From NCBI GenBank assembly GCA_003141895.1, contig PLNT01000018.1, positions 257,884-321,883 of the forward strand: DNA of 64,000 nucleotides, read 5' to 3'. This DNA is from Bacteroidales bacterium (lineage in GTDB: Bacteria; Bacteroidota; Bacteroidia; Bacteroidales; VadinHA17). Below are positions 15,789-26,268 of the stretch, piece by piece. The notes under the pieces were generated by a model. The model ran no database searches, was not told the DNA's origin, and saw nothing but the letters and a program-made list of their open reading frames with translations. The position numbers and the translations under genes were made by a program. Every line of letters starts with the position of its first letter. Positions within the stretch are counted from its first letter, which is position 1.

Positions 15789-17717
15789 TTATATTATTGA
15801 CTTAATAGAATACTCTGATTTATTGAGTACTTCAAATTTGCTTTTATAGCCCGGAACAATTTCCTGCATATCCTCAATTATCTTTGTTTCTGTAATGTCA
15901 TTGAGGGAACCAAGAATTTTGTTGATTTTTCCGCTTAGTAAGTTATAGTCATAATCTGCCACCTGGGCGATGCTGATCTTTGGATGATGTGTTGGTATCA
16001 TTGGTTCATCGACTGCAAAAAGTTCTTCATACAACTTTTCTCCGGGTCGTAATCCGATATATTTTATTTTAATATCCTTATACGGAACCAGACCGGAAAG
16101 GCGAATCAGGTTTAATGCAACATCAAGAACTTTAACCGGTTCTCCCATATCAAACACATAGATCTCGCCTCCATTGCCCATAAAACCGGCTTCAAGAACC
16201 AACTGACAAGCCTCCGGGATCGTCATGAAAAAACGAGTTATATCAGGATGTGTTAAAGTTATAGGTCCTCCTTCTGCAATCTGTTTATTGAAAAGGGGAA
16301 TAACTGATCCATTTGATCCAAGCACATTACCAAATCGAGTTGTTATGAACTGTGTAAAGTTATCCCTCCTTCTGGACTGGGCATGAACAAGAAGCTCACA
16401 TATCTTCTTGGTTGCACCCATCACATTTGTTGGGTTTACTGCTTTGTCAGAAGAAATAATTACAAATTTTTCAGCTTTGTATTTAATTGCCAGATCGGAT
16501 ACGATTTTTGTGCCCCCAACATTCACTCTGAAAGCTTCATGAGGATGGACTTCCATCATAGGAACATGTTTATATGCAGCGGCATGAAAGACAATTTCAG
16601 GTTTATACTTTCTGAATATTTTCTCCATATACTCCTGCCTTGTAACATCGCCGATAATTACTTTAAAATTGCACTCAGCTAATTTATTCTTCAATTCCTC
16701 TTCAAGATAAAAAGAAGGTGTTTCAGCCTGATCAACAAGAATGAGCTGTTTTGAATGAAAGCGGGTAAGCTGTCTGGCTATTTCTGAGCCTATTGATCCG
16801 GCTGCACCGGTTACCAGGATGGTTTTCCCAATAAGCCCTTTTTGTATCTTTTCAAGATCAAGCTTAATGGGGTCTCTTCCGAGAAGATCTTCGAGCTTTA
16901 CTTTTTTAAGGTTTTTTACATCAAGTTGTCCGTTCATCCAGGTATCGAAAGATGGAGTATCAAGAATTTCACATCCAAATCCAATCATAGATTGAATCAC
17001 ATCCTTCTTCCTTGCCGGAATCATTTTACTAATAGCAATAATAAAGACCTTTATGCCTTTTTGCTCAATAAAGTCCTTTGTTAAAACTTGTCTTGAAAAT
17101 ACCTGGTAACCATCAACTTTTTTCCCCTGAAGTTTTCTATCATCGTCAATAAACCCGATTAATCGATATTGATTTTTTGGATCTCCTTCTAATAATCTTT
17201 TTACCAGAATTCCCATTTCACCAGATCCATAGATTAAGACATTTTTACGCTCATGGGATGAGGATGAAGCAAATTCATAGAAAATTTTTATAAAAACCCT
17301 GAAGAAGAATAGCAATATGGTAACTGCTCCCGAATTAATTACAAGAATCGATATTGGAATATTAAAAAACCTGCTCCAGACGTCATTTCTGGCCATTATT
17401 GTGACAAAAGCCAAGACAACCAGTGCACAAGAGTTAGCTATTACAATTTTATAAGTATCGCGAATAGTGGTATGCCTGATCATCCCTGCATAGGACTGAA
17501 AAATTAAAATGAATATAGCATATACCCCTAATACAAACACTCCCTGTCTTTCTGCCAGGGCAATATTAAAAGTATTAACTTCAAAATTATACCTTAAAAT
17601 ATATGCAATTAGGAATGAAAAATAGACAGCACCTGAATCAATAAGAAAGACTAACCACCTGGGTAATGAGTGATTCCTAAAAATCTCAACAATCTTCCCT
17701 TTTAATATGTTTATCAT
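15789..17717 (-). CDS. Membrane-anchored CapD/WbpM/PglF-type polysaccharide biosynthesis protein (nucleotide-sugar 4,6-dehydratase)
   Basis: 642 aa. It has N-terminal transmembrane helices, then two Rossmann regions (LIYGSGEMG; ILVTGAAGSIGSEI) and the YKH.PMME... region typical of CapD-like proteins. Confidence 0.85.
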   Translation of the reverse strand: MINILKGKIVEIFRNHSLPRWLVFLIDSGAVYFSFLIAYILRYNFEVNTFNIALAERQGVFVLGVYAIFILIFQSYAGMIRHTTIRDTYKIVIANSCALVVLAFVTIMARNDVWSRFFNIPISILVINSGAVTILLFFFRVFIKIFYEFASSSSHERKNVLIYGSGEMGILVKRLLEGDPKNQYRLIGFIDDDRKLQGKKVDGYQVFSRQVLTKDFIEQKGIKVFIIAISKMIPARKKDVIQSMIGFGCEILDTPSFDTWMNGQLDVKNLKKVKLEDLLGRDPIKLDLEKIQKGLIGKTILVTGAAGSIGSEIARQLTRFHSKQLILVDQAETPSFYLEEELKNKLAECNFKVIIGDVTRQEYMEKIFRKYKPEIVFHAAAYKHVPMMEVHPHEAFRVNVGGTKIVSDLAIKYKAEKFVIISSDKAVNPTNVMGATKKICELLVHAQSRRRDNFTQFITTRFGNVLGSNGSVIPLFNKQIAEGGPITLTHPDITRFFMTIPEACQLVLEAGFMGNGGEIYVFDMGEPVKVLDVALNLIRLSGLVPYKDIKIKYIGLRPGEKLYEELFAVDEPMIPTHHPKISIAQVADYDYNLLSGKINKILGSLNDITETKIIEDMQEIVPGYKSKFEVLNKSEYSIKSII

Positions 17718-17954
17718 ATGCTTAAGTTGTGCACGAAGGTAAACAAAATTTCTTGAAACTGAAAATCGAAATGCAAATGAGCATTAAAAGCTATCTAAAA
17801 ATAACTATTAATAAACAACTGAAAAATTCAATTAATAGAAATTTTAAGGATTCAAATTCTCAATGTTTTCTAAAGCTATCGCATCGTCAGTCACACGACT
17901 GAAGTCTGTATATGTCTGACTATATGAATTTTGGACAAGTTTTTGTAACAAATG

Positions 17955-18944
17955 TTACAAATTTGCCCAATACCATTTTACAGCCTCTTTTAAACCCTGC
18001 GACACATTTAATGTCGGCGAATAATGTAAAAGTTTCTTAGCCTTTTCAATGGACGCTAAAGAATGAGGAATATCCCCCATCCTGGCAGGTCCATAAACAG
18101 GTTCAATCTTCAAAATCTCTTTATCAAATTCGGAAGCCAGCTCCCGGATTGTAAAGAATAACTGATTAAGTGTTGTACGCTCGCCATGAGCAACATTGTA
18201 AACCTGATTAATTGCGGCTTTTTCCTGAACTACAGAGGCAAGATGATTTGCCTGGATTACATTATCTATATAAGTAAAATCACGGGAAACAGATCCATCT
18301 CCATTAATCATTGGGATTTCGTGCTTCATAAGTGATTTCATAAATTTCGGAATAACTGCAGCATAAGCTCCATCCGGATCCTGGCGTCTCCCAAAAACAT
18401 TGAAATACCGAAGTCCTATTACATCGATACCATAAGTTTTTGTGAAATTATTAGCAAAGAGCTCATCAACGTATTTTGTTATGGCGTAAGGTGACAAAGG
18501 AGATCCGATCGTGTCTTCAACTTTCGGTAAATCAGGATTATCACCATATGTTGATGAACTTGCTGCATAAATAAATCTTTTAACTCCCGATTCCTTAGCT
18601 GCAAAAAGCATCTTGACAAAACCGCCGATATTAACATCGGTAGATGTAACCGGATCCGTCATTGACCGTGGTACCGATCCCAGAGCCGCCTGATGAAATA
18701 CAAAATCAATATCCGCAACAGCCTTTAAACAATCATCATAATTGCGGATATCACCTTCAATAAGTTTAAATTCAGGATTGTTTGCAAAGGGCTTAAGGTT
18801 TTCTCTTTTCCCTGTAGAAAAATTATCAAGGCAAACAACTGTATTTCCCGAAAGCAAAAAGGATTCTACAAGATTTGAGCCGATAAAACCTGCTCCTCCT
18901 GTAACCAACACTCTCCTATCCTTTAAGATTCGTTCCATCAGCAA
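17955..18944 (-). CDS. NAD-dependent nucleotide-sugar epimerase (WbpP/TviC-like SDR)
   Basis: VLVTGGAGFIGSNL, SPYAITKYVDE (YxxxK), and the length and architecture of extended SDR 4-epimerases. Confidence 0.85.
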   Translation of the reverse strand: MLMERILKDRRVLVTGGAGFIGSNLVESFLLSGNTVVCLDNFSTGKRENLKPFANNPEFKLIEGDIRNYDDCLKAVADIDFVFHQAALGSVPRSMTDPVTSTDVNIGGFVKMLFAAKESGVKRFIYAASSSTYGDNPDLPKVEDTIGSPLSPYAITKYVDELFANNFTKTYGIDVIGLRYFNVFGRRQDPDGAYAAVIPKFMKSLMKHEIPMINGDGSVSRDFTYIDNVIQANHLASVVQEKAAINQVYNVAHGERTTLNQLFFTIRELASEFDKEILKIEPVYGPARMGDIPHSLASIEKAKKLLHYSPTLNVSQGLKEAVKWYWANL

Positions 18945-18992
18945 TCAAAAAAACAATATTAGTAATTTTAAAAGAAATTCACATTATAAATA

Positions 18993-20156
18993 CTACTCTT
19001 TTTCAAACATCAGGAGTATTTCATTCAATATAAATTCAGCTGTTTTTCCATTACCATAAAAAGCCGGATATTCAAACCCGGGATCGGAATCCATAAAATT
19101 CAGAAACTCTTTTCTGATAAGATCAGGGTCAGAGCCTACAAGTTTTGCAGTACCATTATTCACCAGCTCTATCCATTCGGTTTCTTTCCTTAGTACCAAG
19201 CAAGGTTTTTTGAAAAAATGAGATTCCTTCTGAACCCCGCCTGAATCAGTGACAATCATCCTGCAGTTTTTCTCGAGAAGGATCATTTCAAGAAATGAAA
19301 CAGGAGGGATTATTTTTATATGCGCACAATTCTTAAGATCCTCATATAATTTTCCTAACCAGGTCTTTAACGATATAATAGTCCGGGGATGAAATGGCAT
19401 AACGAGTATTATGTCCTTTTCTTCCGCAAGTGTTTTAAGAGTTACAAGAATTTTATTAAGAACTGTTATATCATCAGTGTTAGTATCCCTGTGGATTGTA
19501 ACCAGAACATAATTATTTCGTATCAGCGACAGTCCCTCCAGAAACTTGTCTTTCTTTTTTTCAGCGAGTCCGGCGAAAAATAAAGTGTTATCATACATAA
19601 TATCACCCGTCAGATAAATTTTGGGGTTACTTATTGTATATGGAGGACTGTTTTCTGGTCTGAAGCCTTCGCTCATCAGGTTCTTGAAAGCAGCATTTGT
19701 AGGAGCAAAAAGAAGGGTTGAAGAATGATCACTCATTATTCTGTTTAATTCCTCAGGCATTGATTTATTAAAAGACCTCAATCCGGCTTCAATATGAATT
19801 ACGGGATAGTGGAGTTTTGAAGCAGCCAGCGCTCCTGCCAAAGTAGAATTTGTATCACCGTAAAGTAAAACACAATCGGGTTTTTCTTTTATAAGTATTT
19901 CTTCAATACCTGTTATCATCAGAGAAGTCTGCCGACCATGGCCTGCAGAACCAACGCCCAGATTATATTGAGGTTTATGAATCTCAAGTTCATCAAAAAA
20001 CACCTCAGACATCTCTTTATCATAGTGCTGGCCGGTATGAACAATTATTTCAGTAATCTGATTTGAAAAATGTTTACGGATAGCCCTGCTGATGGCAGAA
20101 GCTTTTATTATTTGAGGCCGGGCACCTACAATATTAATGAGTTTGATATTCGGCAT
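18993..20156 (-). CDS. wecB: UDP-N-acetylglucosamine 2-epimerase (non-hydrolysing type)
   Basis: IVGARPQIIKASAISRAI...HTGQHYD..MS..FF.EL...LLYGDTNSTLAGALAA.KL..PV.HIEAGLRSF...MPEE.NR...D are WecB/MnaA hallmarks. The first ATG is at 20156 (the track ORF begins at a TTG at 20186). Confidence 0.9.
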   Translation of the reverse strand: MPNIKLINIVGARPQIIKASAISRAIRKHFSNQITEIIVHTGQHYDKEMSEVFFDELEIHKPQYNLGVGSAGHGRQTSLMITGIEEILIKEKPDCVLLYGDTNSTLAGALAASKLHYPVIHIEAGLRSFNKSMPEELNRIMSDHSSTLLFAPTNAAFKNLMSEGFRPENSPPYTISNPKIYLTGDIMYDNTLFFAGLAEKKKDKFLEGLSLIRNNYVLVTIHRDTNTDDITVLNKILVTLKTLAEEKDIILVMPFHPRTIISLKTWLGKLYEDLKNCAHIKIIPPVSFLEMILLEKNCRMIVTDSGGVQKESHFFKKPCLVLRKETEWIELVNNGTAKLVGSDPDLIRKEFLNFMDSDPGFEYPAFYGNGKTAEFILNEILLMFEKE

Positions 20157-20267
20157 TGAATTGACAACTTTTTTATCAGGCCGCAAAGTTAAACAATTTA
20201 TCTGGTAATAATGGCCTGAAACAGAAAGGCACCTTATTCAAGATGCCTTTTTGCCATGATTAATATT

Positions 20268-21833
20268 CTATTTTGCGTAATTTACTGCTCGTGTTTCGCG
20301 GATCACAGTAATTTTAATCTGACCTGGATAAGTCATTTCGTTCTGAATTTTTCTGGCAATTTCAAATGAAAGTCCTTCAGCCTCTTTGTCAGTTACCTTT
20401 TCTGCTCCGACAATAACCCGCAATTCTCTACCGGCTTGTATTGCATAGGTTTTCATAACACCCGGGTACTGGAGAGCAAGTGATTCAAGTTCCTTTAATC
20501 TTTTAATATATGATTCAACTACTTCGCGACGAGCACCAGGGCGTGCGCCTGAAATCGCATCACATACCTGAACAATCGGGGCAATAAGTGTTGTCATTTC
20601 AGTTTCATCATGATGAGAACCGATTGCATTGCATATTTCTGGTTTCTCTTTATATTTCTCCGCCATTTTCATTCCAAGGATAGCATGCGGCAATTCCGGT
20701 TCATCATCAGGCACCTTGCCAATATCATGTAGCAACCCCGCTCTTTTGGCGAGTTTAGCATTCAATCCAAGTTCTGCAGCCATTATTGAACAAAGGTTTG
20801 CTACTTCGCGGGAATGCATAAGAAGATTCTGTCCATAAGATGACCTGTATTTCATCTTTCCGATTAATCTTATCAGCTCAGGATGTAATCCATGTATACC
20901 GAGATCAATTGTTGTTCTTTTACCTACTTCAAGTATCTCTTCTTCTACCTGTTTCCTGGTTTTCTCAACCATTTCTTCAATTCTTGCAGGATGTATTCTA
21001 CCGTCAGTAACCAGCTGGTGAAGAGCGAGCCGTGCTACCTCCCTTCTTATTGGATCAAATGCTGAAAGAACTATTGCTTCAGGCGTATCATCAACAATAA
21101 TCTCAACGCCGGTTGCTGCTTCAAGGGCACGGATATTACGACCTTCACGTCCGATAATGCGTCCTTTCATTTCATCAGACTCAATATGGAATACAGTCAC
21201 TGCATTTTCGATAGCATTTTCGGCTGCAACCCTCTGGATAGTCTGAACAACTATTCTTTTGGCCTCTTTATTTGCAGTCATTTTTGCTTCATCGAGAATT
21301 TCATTTACAAATGACATAGCACCTGTTTTAGCTTCCTCTTTCAGTGATTCTATTAAATGGTTTTTAGCTTCTTCCGCTGAAAATCCGGAAATAGATTCAA
21401 GCTGATCGACTTGTTGCTTATGAAGACGTGCCAGTTCTTCTGATTTTTTGTCGATTAGTTCAAGCTGGGAGGTAAGGTTTTCGCGAATTGAGTCAGCTTC
21501 ATTCTTTTTTCTCTGTGTTTCTTCGAGTTTCTGAGAAAGAGCAAGTTCTTTTTGTTTAATTCTTCCTTCTGCCTGACCTATTCTGCTGTTCTTCTCATTA
21601 ATTACTTTCTCATGTTCTGTTTTAAGTTGAAGAAACCTCTCTTTAGCCTGTAGAATTTTTTCTTTTCTTATTACTTCGGCCTCGGCTTCAGCCTCACTTA
21701 CAATCTTCTTACTTTTGCTTTTCAAGGCTATCTGCCACACGAAATATGAAGCACCAAAACCTATAAGAAGGGCTGAAAAACAGAGGATAATTGAAAGCCC
21801 GTTCGTTAATGTTCCTATAATCAAAGTCATCAT
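20268..21833 (-). CDS. rny: Ribonuclease Y
   Basis: N-terminal transmembrane helix, a long coiled coil, a KH domain ([26 protein letters not shown]) and an HD domain (LLHDIGK). Confidence 0.95.
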   Translation of the reverse strand: MMTLIIGTLTNGLSIILCFSALLIGFGASYFVWQIALKSKSKKIVSEAEAEAEVIRKEKILQAKERFLQLKTEHEKVINEKNSRIGQAEGRIKQKELALSQKLEETQRKKNEADSIRENLTSQLELIDKKSEELARLHKQQVDQLESISGFSAEEAKNHLIESLKEEAKTGAMSFVNEILDEAKMTANKEAKRIVVQTIQRVAAENAIENAVTVFHIESDEMKGRIIGREGRNIRALEAATGVEIIVDDTPEAIVLSAFDPIRREVARLALHQLVTDGRIHPARIEEMVEKTRKQVEEEILEVGKRTTIDLGIHGLHPELIRLIGKMKYRSSYGQNLLMHSREVANLCSIMAAELGLNAKLAKRAGLLHDIGKVPDDEPELPHAILGMKMAEKYKEKPEICNAIGSHHDETEMTTLIAPIVQVCDAISGARPGARREVVESYIKRLKELESLALQYPGVMKTYAIQAGRELRVIVGAEKVTDKEAEGLSFEIARKIQNEMTYPGQIKITVIRETRAVNYAK

Positions 21834-21861
21834 CAATTGTATTAGTTATATATTTGTTTAA

Positions 21862-22070
21862 TAAAAAACCCGCAAAGTTCCTCCAGATTTTATAAAACCC
21901 CATGTCTGAATGGCTGGAGCTACTAATTCAGTTTGAACTTCCACTGTTCCGCCGTTTGGCGGAAACCCGACGAATCGGAATGAGGCCTGTTCTACCTGAA
22001 CTAAGAGTTGCTCCAAAGTTTTAACTGTTGAGTTTCAAAAATGAATGAAGAAACAATGCGGGCAATTTTT
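21862..22070 (-). ncRNA. Candidate structured sRNA, possibly 6S RNA, between zapA and rny
   Basis: The 255-bp gap has no ORF. On the minus strand the 5' GCCCGCA (22057-22063 region) can pair with the 3' TGCGGG (21869-21874), which is followed by a U-run. Inside lies a long interrupted helix (GGAGC.ACT...AGTT...GAAC // GTTC.AACT...AGT.GCTCC) with two apical tetraloop hairpins (CCGA-ttcg-TCGG, CCGCC-aaac-GGCGG). In E. coli, 6S RNA (ssrS) lies directly downstream of zapA. Confidence 0.4.
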
Positions 22071-22091
22071 TGTATATTTTAAAGAACGCTG

Positions 22092-22385
22092 TTACTCTTT
22101 TGTCTCAAGAACTGAATCAATTTTTTGTATCAGTTCTTTCAAAGTGTCGGGAAGATAATCCTTCTCAAGTTTTTCTTCTTCTTCAGTAAGTTTAATTACA
22201 TACTGAAGAGAAGCCATCGCCAAAAAATCCTGTACATCCTTATCAGTGTACCTTTGTTTGTACTGCAGCACCTTTTCATTAATCATCCTCGCTGCCTTCC
22301 TGATCTTCTCTTCATTCTCCCGTTCTACCTTCAATGGATAATACCGATCCGCCACATTAACCCTAATTGAAAGCTTGTCATCCAT
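22092..22385 (-). CDS. zapA: Cell division protein ZapA
   Basis: 97 aa. IRVNVADRYYPLKVERENEEKIRKAARMINEKV...FLAMASLQ matches the ZapA pattern. Confidence 0.8.
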   Translation of the reverse strand: MDDKLSIRVNVADRYYPLKVERENEEKIRKAARMINEKVLQYKQRYTDKDVQDFLAMASLQYVIKLTEEEEKLEKDYLPDTLKELIQKIDSVLETKE

Positions 22386-22394
22386 TGATATATC

Positions 22395-22688
22395 TTATCT
22401 GTTTAAAAGAGCAACACATCTGTCAATTTCCCGCACCAATTCAGTTATTTTCTTCTTCGCTTCAATCCCGTTCTCTCCCTCACTCAACAATGCTCCTGAT
22501 AATTTGATCCGTTCGTATTTTATTTCTAACTCTTTAACTTTCCCTTCACGATCCTGAAGCTCCGTTCGCAACACTTTATTCCCGTTTTTCAAATCTTCTA
22601 CTTCCCGCTTCAGATTATTATACCGATCCAACAATTCATCAAGTTTTCTGTTTAAAATAATCAATTCCTCATAACCCTGACCGGACAT
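22395..22688 (-). CDS. Coiled-coil protein upstream of zapA (function unknown, possibly division-associated)
   Basis: 97 aa with strong heptad and charged-residue character. It is co-directional and ends 10 nt before zapA. Confidence 0.5.
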   Translation of the reverse strand: MSGQGYEELIILNRKLDELLDRYNNLKREVEDLKNGNKVLRTELQDREGKVKELEIKYERIKLSGALLSEGENGIEAKKKITELVREIDRCVALLNR

Positions 22689-22813
22689 AATAAATTCTTT
22701 AGTGCAAAATTAACATTGTTAATGATATTTTCAAAAATTTGACTGAAATAGTTTGGCTTAATGCACCAGAAGTATAGCTTTGAACGTTTATAGTTCTAAA
22801 AATTTTACTACAA

Positions 22814-24532
22814 ATGATTATTATACGTTTTTTCCTGTTTAGTATATTGTTCCTCAGTAATTTAAATGATATACCTAAAGATAAGACTTTATTCTCTTCA
22901 CCTGTAAACATTCCTCTGTTGCTCTCTGCGAACTTCGGGGAATTGAGAATAGATCACTTTCATTCCGGTCTGGATATAAAAACGCAGGGTGTGACAGGTA
23001 AAGAAGTAGTTGCCGCAGCAAATGGATATATTTCCAGGATAAGTATTACTCCTGGCGGATTCGGAAATGCACTATATATTACACATCCTTCAGGTTATAC
23101 AACTGTTTATGGTCATCTTGAAAAGTTTACAGATAAAATTGAGGGTTATGTTAAGGCCAGACAATATGAGAAAAAAACTTTCCAGATAACTTTATTCCCG
23201 GGTAAAGAGGATTTTCCTGTTAAGCAGGGTGAACTAATTGCCTATTCTGGTAATTCCGGTAGTTCAGGCGGACCACACCTCCACTTTGAAATAAGAAAAT
23301 CTGACTCTGAGAAACCCATAAACCCCCTCCTATTTGATTTGGGAGTAGCTGATAATATAAGGCCGGTTATTGAAAAGCTGGTGATATATCCTGCAAACAG
23401 AAATACACTGGTTGCCAATGAACATGCAATCAAGAAATATAATGTCTCAGGTAATCATGGAGTGTATACTTTAACACCTGCAAACGAAATTACTGTCAGC
23501 GGACTTGCCGGATTCGGAATTAAAGCGTTCGATCTTCTAAATGACAGTAACAATAAATGCGCTGTACATTCTATTGAGTTATCGATTGATTCGGTCTCAA
23601 TTTTTAAATATATAATGGATGGATTTTCCTTTTCAGAATCGAGATTTGTAAATAGTCACATTGACTATGAAACTTTTATGAGAGAGAATACATACATTGA
23701 AAGAGCTTTTGTACTTCCGAATGATAAGCTGAGTACATACAAAGATGTTATTAACAGAGGATTATATAATTTTAGCGATAGCAAAATACATCAGGCTGAA
23801 ATTATTGTAACTGATGCAAACAATAATACATCCGTTTTAAAATTTCATATAAAGGCCGGAGCTTTAAAAATGTCAACGATGGAGATCCCTGATAAAGGCA
23901 TCACTATAATACCTTATAACAAGACAAACAGATTTTCGGCAGAAAATATCTCAGTCAATATTCCAGAAGGAGCGCTTTATGATACTCTCCACTTTTCATA
24001 CAAAATAGAAAAAGGGACAAGTGAGATGTTATCTGATTTACATTATGTCGCTGACAGATTCACGCCAGTTCAAAAACCATTTACAGTATCGATTAAACCA
24101 ACAATTAAGCTATCAGGAATGGAATCAAAAATGTTAATCATACGATTGTCAGATGACCAGACGAAAATCGCAGCAAACAGTTTCTGGTCTGATGGATACC
24201 TCTCGGCAGATGTAATGGCGCTAGGAAGATATTTTATTGGAATTGATACAATTAAACCGGTAATATCAGCAATTGGATTGACAAAGGGTGCAAATTTAAG
24301 CGGTAAGAAAGATCTAAGAATAAGAATTACCGATGAGCTTTCTGGCATAAAATCATATAATGCAACAATTGATGATAAATGGGCTCTGTTCGAGTATGAT
24401 CAAAAAAATGATATGTTGATATATAAATTTGATGAAACGAGGATCACAAAAGGTTCGAAACATAATCTTGTCATGGAAGTTTCTGACAATAAGGATAATG
24501 TAAGTACATTTAAATGTGATTTTACGTGGTAG
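22814..24532 (+). CDS. M23-family metallopeptidase with a large C-terminal domain
   Basis: HFHSGLDI (HxxxD) and GNSGSSGGPHLHFEIR (HxH) are the M23/LytM zinc motifs. The N-terminus is hydrophobic. Confidence 0.9.
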   Translation: MIIIRFFLFSILFLSNLNDIPKDKTLFSSPVNIPLLLSANFGELRIDHFHSGLDIKTQGVTGKEVVAAANGYISRISITPGGFGNALYITHPSGYTTVYGHLEKFTDKIEGYVKARQYEKKTFQITLFPGKEDFPVKQGELIAYSGNSGSSGGPHLHFEIRKSDSEKPINPLLFDLGVADNIRPVIEKLVIYPANRNTLVANEHAIKKYNVSGNHGVYTLTPANEITVSGLAGFGIKAFDLLNDSNNKCAVHSIELSIDSVSIFKYIMDGFSFSESRFVNSHIDYETFMRENTYIERAFVLPNDKLSTYKDVINRGLYNFSDSKIHQAEIIVTDANNNTSVLKFHIKAGALKMSTMEIPDKGITIIPYNKTNRFSAENISVNIPEGALYDTLHFSYKIEKGTSEMLSDLHYVADRFTPVQKPFTVSIKPTIKLSGMESKMLIIRLSDDQTKIAANSFWSDGYLSADVMALGRYFIGIDTIKPVISAIGLTKGANLSGKKDLRIRITDELSGIKSYNATIDDKWALFEYDQKNDMLIYKFDETRITKGSKHNLVMEVSDNKDNVSTFKCDFTW

Positions 24533-24533
24533 G

Positions 24534-24690
24534 TGGCCCCCTGCCGCTGCGCGGCTGTCCCCCTAAAGGGGGACAAATTCGGTATCCTTGATGAATTTAT
24601 TGAAAGACTGAGAATTAGCCCCCCTTTAGGGGGGTTTGGGGGGCCCCGGCAAAACAAAGCGACAGAGGGGCTTTCAATCCCCAAAACAAT
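24534..24690. repeat. G/C-rich palindromic (REP-like) elements
   Basis: GTCCCCC-taaa-GGGGGAC (24568-24585) and an inverted relative CCCCCC-ttta-GGGGGG (about 24619-24634), plus further G/C runs. The background is AT-rich. Confidence 0.9.
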
Positions 24691-24975
24691 ACCTTTTGGG
24701 TGAAACTGATCTTTATCCGAAAAAAATGATTATCTTTGACCCAGGTTATGTAAACATTACGTTATCATAGGTAAGTTTTAGTTTATAATATTTATACAGG
24801 TTTGCCGCAAAGAAACTCCAACACTCAGAGCATTCCATGTTAACAGGGGATAACTTCACATACTTTTATACAGATTATGATAAACGGAATCATTTAAAAG
24901 TGTTTCTTAAAATGTAAAATTATTAAGCACTTAATATCTAGATATTAAACAAATTAACAGGATAAGATAAATACC

Positions 24976-25167
24976 ATGCAAGAAAAAAAACAAACAGTTT
25001 TCAAAACACCGGATATAACAAGAATGCAGGAAGTAGTAATAAACGCAAGAACAAAAATATATATAGCTCTCGGCGCAGATGCCGAAGAAGCAAGAAGTCG
25101 TTATTGGGCACGCCAGGATGCCAAAGGCAAAGTTCTCCTGACGCCTAAAAAAGCCATAGTAAGCTAA
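24976..25167 (+). CDS. Small hypothetical protein (63 aa)
   Basis: A single ORF in a 660-bp gap, basic, with no recognisable motif. Its coding status is uncertain. Confidence 0.3.
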   Translation: MQEKKQTVFKTPDITRMQEVVINARTKIYIALGADAEEARSRYWARQDAKGKVLLTPKKAIVS

Positions 25168-25195
25168 GTTGTTATCAGTTTTATTAAAGAATTTC

Positions 25196-26116
25196 TTAGT
25201 ATAGTTTTGCAGGATATATTTTCCGGCTTATCATACTATTGATGCTTTCGACAACGTATGGTTTATCTTCCCTATAGGTAACACCGAACCATCTCTCGTT
25301 GCTCATGAGATTTTTAATGGTTATTTGTCCGTTTTTAATAAATTTATCAACCGAGGTTGGTATATCAAGTTCTGACTTTGGATCCATTCCGCTTTTTTCA
25401 AGGAATAGTTTGAACTCCTCACCCAGAAATTTAAAACACGATGGTTTAAATCCCCACAGGTTCATCGAAACAACTTCATTCCCGGTAAACTTCTGATAAG
25501 TACCATCAGGAAGAGGAGCCCTTGCGCCATCAGCTGTCTTCTCAATCTGACGTGTCTCCACCATATTCTTGAGAAGTCCGTCTGGTCCCACACCGCACAC
25601 ACCTCTGTTAACATGACCATGGTCAGATAATGTATTCCCCAATTTATATCCGACAATGCAATAACAATTTGGGTCTTTATCATTTACGAGAAAGTCGTGA
25701 AGTATCCTGAATGATTCAACACCATAATAATCATCGGCATTTATAACACCAAATGGTTCCTTTATTTTCTTCTCAGTGACAAGTATTGCATGACTGGTTC
25801 CCCATGGTTTTTGCCTTTCGGGAGAAACTTTAACACCCTCAGGGAGATTGGTTATTTCCTGGAATACATAATCAACTTCAATTTTCCCTTTTAATCTTTT
25901 CACAAATCGCTCTTTAACCTGGTCCTCTATATCACGTCTGATCACAAAAACAATCTTGCCAAATCCTGCCCGTATGGCATCATAAATAGAATAGTCAATT
26001 ATTGTTTCTCCAGAAGGTCCCACTTCATCGAGTTGTTTATTGCCACCATAACGGGTTCCCATTCCTGCAGCCAGAACTAATAGAGTTGGTTTCATAGTTT
26101 CAGAGTTTTTTTGCAT
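25196..26116 (-). CDS. Sugar-phosphate nucleotidyltransferase family protein
   Basis: LVLAAGMGTRYGGNKQL is the G-x-G-T-R-x nucleotidyltransferase loop. The overall GT-A-like NTP-transferase length fits. Confidence 0.7.
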   Translation of the reverse strand: MQKNSETMKPTLLVLAAGMGTRYGGNKQLDEVGPSGETIIDYSIYDAIRAGFGKIVFVIRRDIEDQVKERFVKRLKGKIEVDYVFQEITNLPEGVKVSPERQKPWGTSHAILVTEKKIKEPFGVINADDYYGVESFRILHDFLVNDKDPNCYCIVGYKLGNTLSDHGHVNRGVCGVGPDGLLKNMVETRQIEKTADGARAPLPDGTYQKFTGNEVVSMNLWGFKPSCFKFLGEEFKLFLEKSGMDPKSELDIPTSVDKFIKNGQITIKNLMSNERWFGVTYREDKPYVVESINSMISRKIYPAKLY

Positions 26117-26268
26117 TGCAATAATAACGAAAAAAAAGAATATTTCTAGATAATCATCTGGCTTATAAATACAATTTTATCGGATTTGTTCAAATGGAAT
26201 TGTTGGATTTATTATTTGTAAGGAATGGTCGCGACCATTCCCTACATAAAAATTATTATATTTAAAAA

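Noticed and set aside
22699-22911. Minus-strand 70-aa ORF overlapping the start of the M23 peptidase gene.
   Set aside because: It overlaps the well-supported peptidase N-terminus on the opposite strand, has low-complexity AT-rich codons and shows no motif.
24700-24975. Possible riboswitch or sRNA in the 440-bp spacer upstream of the 63-aa ORF.
   Set aside because: The region is AT-rich with no convincing conserved helices that I could fold by hand. Only a TAnnTTTG-like box (TATCTTTG, about 24732) is present. The evidence is insufficient.
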